This document shows, piece by piece, positions 51,822 to 59,358 of a stretch of DNA of 59,358 nucleotides. The DNA is from an uncultured Acetobacteraceae bacterium (GTDB lineage Bacteria; Pseudomonadota; Alphaproteobacteria; Acetobacterales; Acetobacteraceae). The notes below the pieces were generated by a model, which was given only the letters and a program-made list of their open reading frames with translations, did not search any database and was not told the DNA's origin. Location: positions 1 through 59,358 of the forward strand of contig CAXUCZ010000001.1 of NCBI GenBank assembly GCA_964249675.1, written 5' to 3'. The translations under genes were made by a program, and so were the position numbers. Position 1 is the first letter of the stretch. Each line of letters begins with the position of its first letter.

Positions 51822-54800
51822 CAGTTCATCGCCATCGTGGTGGGCGCGTTCTGCTGCGGGATCGCCGAACTCTGCGGCGTGCCCATCAGCGGGTTCGGGT
51901 TGCCCGCGGTTGCCTGCCCTGCCCCGATGCCCTGGGTCGGACGCGCGGTCTGACCGGCCTGGTTACGGGACTGACCATACAGGCTCTCACCCAGCGACGA
52001 CGGGATGTAGGCATGCACGAAACCTGTCTTGGGATCGGCGATGCCGTAGCGTCCCTGGCTGTCGCGCGTCACCTGGAGCTGACCCTTGGCGACGCCCATC
52101 GCCAGGAAGTTGGCGTGCGGCGGCGACATCGCGCCCGCCTGGGCATTGACGCGCAGGCCGGTGAATACCTGGGCGGCGATCGAGCGCGCCTGGTCGACGT
52201 TGGCCGGCGCCTGCCCGGTGACCGGGTCGCGGAACTGGTCGGTCTTGGAGCCCGCGGTATAGTAGTTGGTGGCGTCGCTCTCGGTCTGCCGGGCGAAGCC
52301 GTCGCTCTCCTTCCTGCCCTGCTCGGCCCTGAGCTGCGCTGCTTCCCGGCGCTGCTCGGTAGCGGCAGCGGCCTGCTGGCCGCGCTCGGCGACTGCCTCG
52401 TGTGCCGCCGTTGCGCGCTCGGCGATGTTGTCCTCGACGCCTTGCTGGCGGATGCCGGCAGCCTGGATGCGCTCCTGGTCCAGCCCGCCATAGTATTTCG
52501 CGCGCGCCGCGTTCAGCGCCATGCTCGAGACGTGCTGCTGCTGGGCGTTGACCATCTCGAGGTATTTGTTCGGGTCCGAGGTGGTGATCATCATTTGCTG
52601 GATGCCCTGCTGGGTCACCTGGAACGGTGGCGCCAGCGCCCGGCTCGGGTCGTTCTCGTCGAGCTGCTGCGCCCACAGGTTGCCCGAGGCGTCGGTGCCG
52701 AACCGGCCCACACTACCGTCGGGGAAGAACGCGTGCGCCTTCGCCAGCATCTGGGCGGCACCCGCCATGTTGCCGGCTCCGAACGCCTGGCTCGCCGCCT
52801 GCAGGCTCTGCGTCGCACCCTGCTGGGACATCTGCGTCACCAGGTCGCGCGCCTGACCGACGCCTGCATAGTCGTGGCGCGCGATGGCGGCGACGATCAT
52901 CGAGGTCTCGGCCCGACGCCAGCTATCGGTCATGTTCATGCCCTGCGGGCTGGTGCTGACCATGTATTTCACGAACTGGTCAGGACCCTGCTGGGCTGCC
53001 TGCATCAAGCCTGGGCCGTTGTTGCCGCCACCCGGCGTGAACTTGCCCTGCAGCGGGTCGGACTTGTCATCGACGCTGTCCGAGAGACCCGGCACACGCG
53101 GGTTCACGTCGAGCTTCGAGCGCGTCGGATCGCCCGGCGAGAACTGGTTGCCGTCCGGGTCGTCGGTGATGTTCAGCGCCTTGCGCACGTAGGCCATCGT
53201 CTTGGGGAACTTGCCCTCGGCGTTGCCATAGTCGGTCGCGATGGCATGGACGTTGGCCGGTCCCGCCGTGTAGGCGGCGATCGACGAGACGCTGTTGCGC
53301 CCGAACTCGCGGTCGTTGAGGTTGATGTAGCGCGCACCCAGGCGCAGCGAGCCCTCCATCGTAGAGCCGTCGATCTGGCCACGCGGATCCAGATACTTCT
53401 GGGTGGCCGGCTCGACCTGCATGATGCCCTTGGCACCGGTCTGGCTGTCGGGTGCGCTGTCGTGCAACCCGCTTTCCAGATACCAGTGCAGGGCGAGGCG
53501 GGTCGGGTCGACATCCTCCTCGCCGGCGACCTTCATCACCAGGTTGTAGGCGCCCGGTGCCTGCTGCTTCAGCGCCTCGAGTGGACGTGGGTCGATGGTC
53601 GGCTTGACCACTGCGGGGGTCGGCTCGGACTGCACGGTCGGACTGGTCTGTCCTGGTGCGACCGGTGCGGCGGACGCGGGGATCACGACGGCAGCCGAGC
53701 CCGCCTGCGGGTCCGGCGTCTGGGTCTGCGCCGCCTTCAGCGCGCCGGGGTTGGCGGCACCGGCGTTGACCGCCTTCGCGACCGGGCTGGCCGGGTTGAC
53801 GGCGGGTGCCGCCGCCGGGATCGCCTGCGCAGCCGGGCTGACGGCGGGCGACGTGCCCGTGTTCGGCCCGCCCTTGGGCTCGGCAGCGGCAGCGGACGGG
53901 TTCAACGCCGACATGATCGACGCACCGATGCCGCCACCCTGCGCCGGGGCCGCGGTGGTGCCGGTTGCCATCGGGCCGAGCGGCGCCGCGTTGGGCTGAG
54001 CCGACGCGGTCTGCCCGACAGAGACGGCAGGACCGGTGCTCTGCTGCGCCGTGCGGCCTTGCTGCGAAGCCATCTGCGGCTGCGGCTGGCCGGGCTGGTT
54101 GGGCGACATCGGCGGGATCGCTGGCTGCGCGGACTGTCCCGACGGTAGGGCACCGGGCGGCGGGGTCTGTCCCTGCGGGTCAGGCGCATAGCCGCCGTCG
54201 CTCGAGACCATGCCCTGCGGCGTGCTGGTGTTGGCCTGGTTGACCGCTGCCTGCTGCTGGCTCTGCTGCATGCCAGCCCCGTAGCCGTTGCCGCCGACCG
54301 CGCTGGCAGGCGGGGGTGCGGTCGGCGCTGGCTGGGCGTTGCTGGCCGGGATCGGCGAGCCCTGCATGCCGGGGGTCTGTGTCCCAAAGCCAGGGCGGGC
54401 GCCGCCGGTATAGGCACCGGGAATGCTGGTGCTGGCCTGCATCGCCGGGCTGTTCGGCACCAGCGCCGGGTTGGCAGTGCCCGACGGGGCGACCGGACGC
54501 ACGGGCGGCGGGGCCGAGGTGGGCGCAGGCGCGGACGGCGAGACCGAGGAGACCGGCGTGATGCCGAGCCCGCCGGTGGACGGTGCCGACGGGGCGGCAG
54601 GCGGGGTCGCGCCGAAGCCCGCGGTGTCGCTGGGCACGCTGATCTTGGACGGGTCGGCGAGGCGGGTCGGCGCCTTGCTCGAGCTGGACGCCTGGCTGGT
54701 GGTGTTGTTGGACGGATACTGCACCGTGGTGTCAGTAGAGTCCGTGCCGGCGTAGCCGCCGCCACCTTCCGCCGAGGAGCCGTAGGCGTCGTTGATGTCG

Positions 54801-55030
54801 CCCGAGGTCTTGATGTTGCTCGCGGTCTGCGCAGCCGTGGATCCGCTCGCGCTTTGCGCCGCACCCGCTGCCGCTGCCTTGTTGTCGTTCAGCGCCTTCT
54901 TGGCATCCGACGCGGCGTCGAGATCGTCCTGCGTCTGCTGGATGCCCTGGTAGGCGCCATAGATCGACATGACGGCCTGCGCGCCGCCGAACAAGCCCTG
55001 GGTGAAACTGCCGAGACCGCCTACCGACAT
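51821..55030 (-). CDS. internal virion protein with soluble lytic transglycosylase (SLT) domain
   Basis: LESGLH...GAKGIMQVEP...AAYTAGP motifs (about 53230-53520). Long A/P/Q/G/S-rich N-terminal half. Confidence 0.75.
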   Translation of the reverse strand: MSVGGLGSFTQGLFGGAQAVMSIYGAYQGIQQTQDDLDAASDAKKALNDNKAAAAGAAQSASGSTAAQTASNIKTSGDINDAYGSSAEGGGGYAGTDSTDTTVQYPSNNTTSQASSSSKAPTRLADPSKISVPSDTAGFGATPPAAPSAPSTGGLGITPVSSVSPSAPAPTSAPPPVRPVAPSGTANPALVPNSPAMQASTSIPGAYTGGARPGFGTQTPGMQGSPIPASNAQPAPTAPPPASAVGGNGYGAGMQQSQQQAAVNQANTSTPQGMVSSDGGYAPDPQGQTPPPGALPSGQSAQPAIPPMSPNQPGQPQPQMASQQGRTAQQSTGPAVSVGQTASAQPNAAPLGPMATGTTAAPAQGGGIGASIMSALNPSAAAAEPKGGPNTGTSPAVSPAAQAIPAAAPAVNPASPVAKAVNAGAANPGALKAAQTQTPDPQAGSAAVVIPASAAPVAPGQTSPTVQSEPTPAVVKPTIDPRPLEALKQQAPGAYNLVMKVAGEEDVDPTRLALHWYLESGLHDSAPDSQTGAKGIMQVEPATQKYLDPRGQIDGSTMEGSLRLGARYINLNDREFGRNSVSSIAAYTAGPANVHAIATDYGNAEGKFPKTMAYVRKALNITDDPDGNQFSPGDPTRSKLDVNPRVPGLSDSVDDKSDPLQGKFTPGGGNNGPGLMQAAQQGPDQFVKYMVSTSPQGMNMTDSWRRAETSMIVAAIARHDYAGVGQARDLVTQMSQQGATQSLQAASQAFGAGNMAGAAQMLAKAHAFFPDGSVGRFGTDASGNLWAQQLDENDPSRALAPPFQVTQQGIQQMMITTSDPNKYLEMVNAQQQHVSSMALNAARAKYYGGLDQERIQAAGIRQQGVEDNIAERATAAHEAVAERGQQAAAATEQRREAAQLRAEQGRKESDGFARQTESDATNYYTAGSKTDQFRDPVTGQAPANVDQARSIAAQVFTGLRVNAQAGAMSPPHANFLAMGVAKGQLQVTRDSQGRYGIADPKTGFVHAYIPSSLGESLYGQSRNQAGQTARPTQGIGAGQATAGNPNPLMGTPQSSAIPQQNAPTTMAMN
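52711..52723 (+). repeat. class II element CACTACCGTCGGG (exact)
   Basis: Antisense in the SLT protein gene (P-D-G-S-V). Confidence 0.9.
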
Positions 55031-55040
55031 TGCCTGATCC

Positions 55041-55862
55041 TTAGAACATCGCGGCCATCGAGAGCGCGCCGCCGACTGCCGAGCCGATGCCCTGCATGGT
55101 CTGCGCGTTCTCGGTGTCGAGCATGTTGCCGTAGGTCGCTTCGTTGCTGAACTGGCTGTTCATCGCGCTGGAGCTGGTGCCGAGCGACTGGTTGGCGAGC
55201 GAGCCGTAATTCGTGTTGTCCTCGAGCGCGCCGTAGGTGCTGGCGGTGTTGTTGGACGCATTGATACCCGAAGCGCCCGAGCTGGCGGCACCGCCGTAGT
55301 CGTTGGTGATGGCGCTGGAATAGCCGCGTCCGGTGTTGATCGCGGTGTTCTCGAGGGACATGCCCTCCATCTGGCTGTTGATGCGCGACGACGTGCCGGC
55401 TGCCGCGGTCGCTGCCGCCTGGCTCACGCGGGTGCCGAGATCGAGTGCTCCGAACCGGGTCTGGCTCGGGTCGATGCCGTAGCTCTCCAGCGACGACAGG
55501 CTGGAGCTGCGCGCCGCGTCATACTGCGATGCGACGTCGCCCTCGGCCTGGCCGGCTGCCTGATTGGCCTGCGACGGCGAGTTGTAGTTCGACGCCTGCT
55601 GGGCGAACTGGCCCTCGATCGGCTTGTAGACCGAGTTGTATTCGGACTGGGCTGCACTCGCGTCGGCTGTCTGTGCGTTCGAGTTCGCCGTCATCGAGCC
55701 GAGGTAGCTTTGGACGTAGGGCTCGGTCTGGTTGTATTCCGACTGCGCCTGCGCGAGCTGCTGCTGCTGCGTGGCGTTCTGCATCGTCGCCGCCTGCAGC
55801 GACGCGGTGGCGATCGGCTGGTAGTTCGGGACGGTGACCGCCGATGAACCCTTGCTTCCCAT
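55041..55862 (-). CDS. S/A/Q/N-rich internal virion protein candidate
   Basis: 273-aa ORF upstream of the SLT protein gene. Confidence 0.6.
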   Translation of the reverse strand: MGSKGSSAVTVPNYQPIATASLQAATMQNATQQQQLAQAQSEYNQTEPYVQSYLGSMTANSNAQTADASAAQSEYNSVYKPIEGQFAQQASNYNSPSQANQAAGQAEGDVASQYDAARSSSLSSLESYGIDPSQTRFGALDLGTRVSQAAATAAAGTSSRINSQMEGMSLENTAINTGRGYSSAITNDYGGAASSGASGINASNNTASTYGALEDNTNYGSLANQSLGTSSSAMNSQFSNEATYGNMLDTENAQTMQGIGSAVGGALSMAAMF

Positions 55863-55864
55863 GA

Positions 55865-56356
55865 CTACAATGCCTCGCTCATGTCGTTCGGAACCCGCTC
55901 CCAGCTACGCGAGCGCACGTTCAGCCAAGGGCAGGAGGCACGGGTCATGGTCAGCAGGAACAGGCTGGCCACACGACCGTCGGGAGACTTCACCACGTCG
56001 CGCAGCACCGCCTCGACAAACCAGCCCGCGCGCAGATCCAGCTCCATCGCCTTGTAGTTGTCGCTGGGCACCGGGGCGACCAGCTTGGCGCAACCGAGCT
56101 GGTTGAACCCGTAATCGAAGGCCATCCACATCAGCGTGCGCGAGCACCAGCGTCCCTGGCCCGCCATGTGGACGGCAATCGCGTTGCCCATGTAGTCGCT
56201 GAATACGAAGCCACCCAGCACGCTTCCCTTGGCGTGCCGGGCGATACTGTGGTCGAAGCCCTCGGCGAACCGGCCCCCGGCCTGCTCCATGATCCACGCC
56301 CCGTCGCCGGGATGGTCGATCCTTATGGAGAGATCAGGGGCAGGGGCCGCGTGCAT
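55865..56356 (-). CDS. GNAT-like N-acetyltransferase (tentative)
   Basis: IAVHMAGQGRWCSRTLMWMAFDYGF...NYKAMELDLRAGWFVE resembles the GNAT beta4-alpha3...alpha4 region. Confidence 0.45.
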   Translation of the reverse strand: MHAAPAPDLSIRIDHPGDGAWIMEQAGGRFAEGFDHSIARHAKGSVLGGFVFSDYMGNAIAVHMAGQGRWCSRTLMWMAFDYGFNQLGCAKLVAPVPSDNYKAMELDLRAGWFVEAVLRDVVKSPDGRVASLFLLTMTRASCPWLNVRSRSWERVPNDMSEAL

Positions 56357-56695
56357 TTAGCGCCAGCGGACCCAGCCTGTGCTGCGTCCCAGATAGCGCA
56401 TGACGATTGCAGTCTGCGCCACACCCGCCGTCGGGCTATTCGGGATTGCATTGCCGAAGCGATCGACCACGGTGAGAGCCGTGACAGCAGACTGGAACGA
56501 CAGCTCGACCTTGGTGCCGAACAGCACCTGCGGGAGCTGCACCGTGAGCGCAGCCAGAGCAGCAGCGTTGGCGACATAGAGATCGACCTGGTTCGCAGCC
56601 ATCTTGATCACCGCACCCGTGACCGGGGTGATGACCGTGACCGGCCCGCCATGGGCCTCGTTGCGGAACGACCCCGAGGGGTTCTGGAACGACAT
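56357..56695 (-). CDS. hypothetical structural-module protein
   Basis: 112-aa ORF abutting the GNAT-like gene. Confidence 0.6.
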   Translation of the reverse strand: MSFQNPSGSFRNEAHGGPVTVITPVTGAVIKMAANQVDLYVANAAALAALTVQLPQVLFGTKVELSFQSAVTALTVVDRFGNAIPNSPTAGVAQTAIVMRYLGRSTGWVRWR

Positions 56696-56734
56696 TCTTG
56701 TGTGTCCTATCGGGTTTCGGGGGAGAGCCCGGCG

Positions 56735-56911
56735 CTACTTCTTCTTCAGCGCCTTCTTCATGGAGACCGGCCCGCCGGTGGACTTCGGTCCCTGGATCGG
56801 CTTGGCCGGCATGACCTTGCCGGGACCGCCCGGCACGTCGCCCGACGGGCTCGAGCCGCGAACGGGGGACACGGTGGCCTTCTTGCCGCCGGTAAACTTG
56901 GTTCCAGCCAT
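56735..56911 (-). CDS. small Lys/Gly/Pro-rich basic protein (not in ORF track)
   Basis: Hand translation: ATG 56911 MAGTKFTGGKKATVSPVRGSSPSGDVPGGPGKVMPAKPIQGPKSTGGPVSMKKALKKK*, 58 aa. Class I element with GGGAG lies 12 nt upstream. Confidence 0.55.
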   Translation of the reverse strand: MAGTKFTGGKKATVSPVRGSSPSGDVPGGPGKVMPAKPIQGPKSTGGPVSMKKALKKK

Positions 56912-56923
56912 GGTCGGATTACT

Positions 56924-56939
56924 CCCTACGGTAGTGGTT
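56924..56939 (-). promoter_or_regulatory. class I element AACCACTACCGTAGGG
   Basis: 12 nt upstream of ATG 56911. Confidence 0.8.
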
Positions 56940-56987
56940 ATTATGCACAGGATGACGCGTAAGCACCACGAGGTTCTTTCGATATAG

Positions 56988-57515
56988 TCACAGAATTACG
57001 CACAGGATGGGTAAGGTAGAGGGTGCTACCGTAGCGATTGAAAGGGTGCCGGATGCCGCAAACCCGAAGGCGCCATCGCCGCTCGTATCGTTGGCGGCGC
57101 TGGCGCTGCCCTCGCTACTGGTCTCCAGCTCGCCTGCACCAGTGGCTGGGTCCGCTTGAGACAGAACCCCCTCAGATCTGAACGCCGGCAGCGTGACGGT
57201 CGCGGCCACGTCGTTGGTCTGACCGATCTGGCCCGTGGTGGAGAAGGGCAGGGCGGCAGCGCCCGAAACGGGGTCGGACTGGTCGGTCTCGCCGGTCGCA
57301 CCGAACGCACCGAAGCTGCCAGCGCCCGCGGTGGGCTGCGCCTGGCTGACCTGCCCTACCGTCGTGAACCCGAGCGAGCCCGCGCCCGAGGCGGGGTCGG
57401 ACTGGGTGACCTGTCCAGCCGCCTTGAATGCACCCAGGGTTCCGACACCCTGGGTGGTGATCACCTGGGACTCAAGGCTGATCGGCGCGGTGGAGAGGGC
57501 GAAGCCGCCGAGCAC
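56988..57515 (-). CDS. repeat-containing fibre/appendage protein
   Basis: About six imperfect 20-aa repeats (G.GS.GF...GQV.Q.DP..). GTG start abuts the upstream TAG. Confidence 0.6.
   Translation of the reverse strand: MLGGFALSTAPISLESQVITTQGVGTLGAFKAAGQVTQSDPASGAGSLGFTTVGQVSQAQPTAGAGSFGAFGATGETDQSDPVSGAAALPFSTTGQIGQTNDVAATVTLPAFRSEGVLSQADPATGAGELETSSEGSASAANDTSGDGAFGFAASGTLSIATVAPSTLPILCVIL
57024..57039 (-). promoter_or_regulatory. element variant AATCGCTACGGTAGCA
   Basis: Inside the last 17 codons of 56988..57515, 85 bp upstream of copy 56924. Confidence 0.5.
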
Positions 57516-58691
57516 CTAGAGTTCCGCCGTCGCGGTCCAGTTGCCCTCGAAGATGAACCCCCCGGAGCCTGAGCCGACAGCCGTGTATTGATACTGGTTG
57601 GGGTTCACCATCACGAGTGCGCCGCTCGCGCAGTTGACCGTTCCGGTCCCCACGTAGGTTATCGTGGGCGTGGAGCGCATCGGCTGCACAAGATTTCCGA
57701 TACCGCCGACGCCGATGCCGTTCTGCGTATAACCATAGGCGAGGAAGCTCCCCGATTGCAGGAAGCGGAGGTTCTTCGCACTCTCGGTCGCGATGTCGAC
57801 GTGCTCAAGCGGCGTCGCGAAGGTGCCGGGTTCAAGCTGGACCTGTCCGATCGTCAGCACCGCGTTGCCGGTCGCCCCGGCCTGGGTGCCGTTGATATTC
57901 ATCGACAGGCCGTTGGCAGCGCCCGAGGGCAGCGCGGGGATTGTCGCGAACACGCGCCCCGACGTGGCCGACAACGCCAGCGGATAGGTGCCGATCAGCG
58001 TGTAGTTCGCGCTGCTGTCTCGTGCGCTTGGATAATAGAGTGACACGGAACCCGAGATGGTGCCTGCCGAGGTCGTCAAGCTGCCGGTGACGCTGAACGT
58101 GACCGGCTGGCCTACAAGGTCCTCGACATCGTAGCTTTCGATACGCTGCACCGCCTCGACAAGCGAACCCGAAGTCAGCCCGTTGGCCGTGACCGCCAGG
58201 GTGCGGCCCGTGGCGGTAAGCGCACCGACCGACGCGCTGATGCTGGTTGCGGTGCCGGTGTAGGCGCTGACCCAGCCATCCGCCGTGTAATTCGCGTTGA
58301 CGGTGAATGGACCGAGACCGCGCTGGGCTATCTCGATCTTGGGGTTGCGGATGCGGTTGCGCCCCGGCGCCAGCACCGCCATCGCCTGCGTGTCGGTTAT
58401 GGTCTGCGCGCTGATGCTTAGATACAGCGTCTCGTTGCCCGAGCAGGAAATCGGCGTGGTGCCGCCGACGCTCGATCCGAGCACAGCCGTGCGCGCCCAG
58501 ATGCTGCTGGAGGTCAGCGTGCCGATGCCGCACTCCCAGGCGTTGCCGTCCTCGATCACATAGTAGGCGGTGTTGCCGACCAGGAACGAGCCGAACCCCT
58601 GGGCGTTGGCAAACGCTGCCCCGATCGTGAGCGCACCGGTGCCGACGGTGCTGGACTGCACCTTGACCCGGTCGAGGAACTGCATCGCCAT
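57516..58691 (-). CDS. tail fibre / receptor-binding candidate
   Basis: 391 aa, G/S/T/A-rich beta-type composition. In the fibre-gene cluster. Confidence 0.6.
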   Translation of the reverse strand: MAMQFLDRVKVQSSTVGTGALTIGAAFANAQGFGSFLVGNTAYYVIEDGNAWECGIGTLTSSSIWARTAVLGSSVGGTTPISCSGNETLYLSISAQTITDTQAMAVLAPGRNRIRNPKIEIAQRGLGPFTVNANYTADGWVSAYTGTATSISASVGALTATGRTLAVTANGLTSGSLVEAVQRIESYDVEDLVGQPVTFSVTGSLTTSAGTISGSVSLYYPSARDSSANYTLIGTYPLALSATSGRVFATIPALPSGAANGLSMNINGTQAGATGNAVLTIGQVQLEPGTFATPLEHVDIATESAKNLRFLQSGSFLAYGYTQNGIGVGGIGNLVQPMRSTPTITYVGTGTVNCASGALVMVNPNQYQYTAVGSGSGGFIFEGNWTATAEL

Positions 58692-58701
58692 CGGCGAGGA
58701 C

Positions 58702-59115
58702 CTAGAAGGCCGGAATGTTGTGCTTGAACGTCCCGTTGGTCATCGGCACGCCCGGCTGCAGCGTCAGGCCACCCAGGATGATGTCGGCACCCGAGCCGGC
58801 CAGGCCGACCGTGTAGTCGTTCACCGCGGTCGTGCCGTCGGCCTTCACCCCGCGCGCGAAGCCGACGACGCCCTGGGTCGTCGGACTGAACGTGGTGTTC
58901 ACCCAGTTGGCCACCGCACCCTCGTTCGGGCTGGTGAAGCTGGGCGTGCCGAACGCGGGGTTCGCGAAGGCGTCTGTCGCCAGCAGCGTCTGGGTGGTGA
59001 TCGCCGTCTCGGGCGATGCCGGGATCGAGCCGCTGTAGTATTGCATCGCGCCGCCGTTGAGCAGCGCGTTGCCTCCCACCAGGGCGGCAGAGGCGAAGGC
59101 TTGTCCGGGGTTCAT
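58702..59115 (-). CDS. structural (fibre-module) protein
   Basis: ATG 59115 (MNPGQAFASAAL...) behind AGGA, 4 nt after the upstream stop. The listed longer start is R-rich. Confidence 0.6.
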   Translation of the reverse strand: MNPGQAFASAALVGGNALLNGGAMQYYSGSIPASPETAITTQTLLATDAFANPAFGTPSFTSPNEGAVANWVNTTFSPTTQGVVGFARGVKADGTTAVNDYTVGLAGSGADIILGGLTLQPGVPMTNGTFKHNIPAF

Positions 59116-59119
59116 CGCA

Positions 59120-59358
59120 TCATCCTGTGATCTGGTAGCCAGCGGTGAGGGCATCCACGCCCTGCTGCGTCCATTGCGCACCCGAGTGCGGGTCGTTCTG
59201 CACAATCTCGGACATCAGGGTCAGCGTGGTGCCCAGATTGACCGGCGTGCCTGCCGACGTCGCGCCGTTCGAGTTCAGGTAGGTGGACATCTGCCGCAGG
59301 CCCGCGTCGGACTTGGTGGCGACTGCCTTGACCGCCACGCCCATGATGCTGATCAACC
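59120..59358 (-). CDS. 3' part of the junction-spanning structural gene (see 1..851)
   Basis: The listed M at 59356 is only an alternative-start artefact. The frame continues from base 1 (59304..59358 duplicates 1..55). Confidence 0.8.
   Translation of the reverse strand, partial: LISIMGVAVKAVATKSDAGLRQMSTYLNSNGATSAGTPVNLGTTLTLMSEIVQNDPHSGAQWTQQGVDALTAGYQITG
59304..59358. repeat. terminal overlap, identical to 1..55
   Basis: Exact 55-bp match. Confidence 0.95.

Noticed and set aside
1-59358. tRNA genes, CRISPR arrays, integrase/excisionase, transposase, DGR reverse transcriptase
   Set aside because: I saw no T-loop-like GGTTCGAATCC-type sequences, no spaced direct-repeat arrays, and no ORF with recombinase, transposase or RT hallmarks. 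Absence is based on eye inspection only.

Overview
The first 55 bp are identical to the last 55 bp, so the contig closes on itself into a unique length of about 59.3 kb. This looks like a complete, GC-rich dsDNA phage genome with a podovirus-like layout. One gene crosses the junction (851..1 joined to 59303..59120). There are four strand blocks. (i) A minus-strand morphogenesis and lysis block runs from the portal (12646) down through base 1 and the junction to 40839. It holds portal, scaffold, major capsid, connector-like proteins, fibre and tail proteins, a GNAT-like protein, three internal or ejection-type proteins (273 aa, a 1069-aa protein with an SLT transglycosylase domain, and a 2412-aa giant with an HExxH motif), an N-acetylmuramidase, a GH5-like glycosidase, a GTA-type 3TM holin and a mini HNH protein. 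(ii) A short plus-strand block (12694-16461) carries the small and large terminase subunits and membrane proteins. (iii) A minus-strand accessory block (16458-20903) carries a SAM methyltransferase, a DUF2829/Tad2-like anti-Thoeris candidate, a DUF6378-like protein and small DNA-binding candidates. (iv) A plus-strand early and replication block (21106-40835) carries a MoxR ATPase, a VWA/zincin protein, family-A DNA polymerase, a Cas4-like nuclease, VRR-NUC, an SNF2 helicase, an SSB-like protein and a primase-polymerase/SF3 helicase. I found no integrase, tRNA, CRISPR array or RNA polymerase gene. The most unusual signal is not a gene. It is a highly conserved element, (C)AATCACTAC-N-GTAGGG, with a 13-bp palindromic core. 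About 20 copies sit just upstream of genes and point the same way as the gene. A further roughly 15-20 copies are a coding-embedded variant, including 8 identical CACTACCGTCGGG 13-mers, found in both orientations. It behaves like a phage-specific promoter, a stoperator or a start-associated sequence, and the factor that reads it is unknown. Other signals are a second over-represented 11-mer (GCCGAATGATC, 6 copies), an AT-rich iteron cluster that may be an origin or partition site (22620-22945), and a roughly 260-nt hairpin-rich leader or ncRNA (21122-21382). All calls come from reading the sequence by eye. No searches were run.
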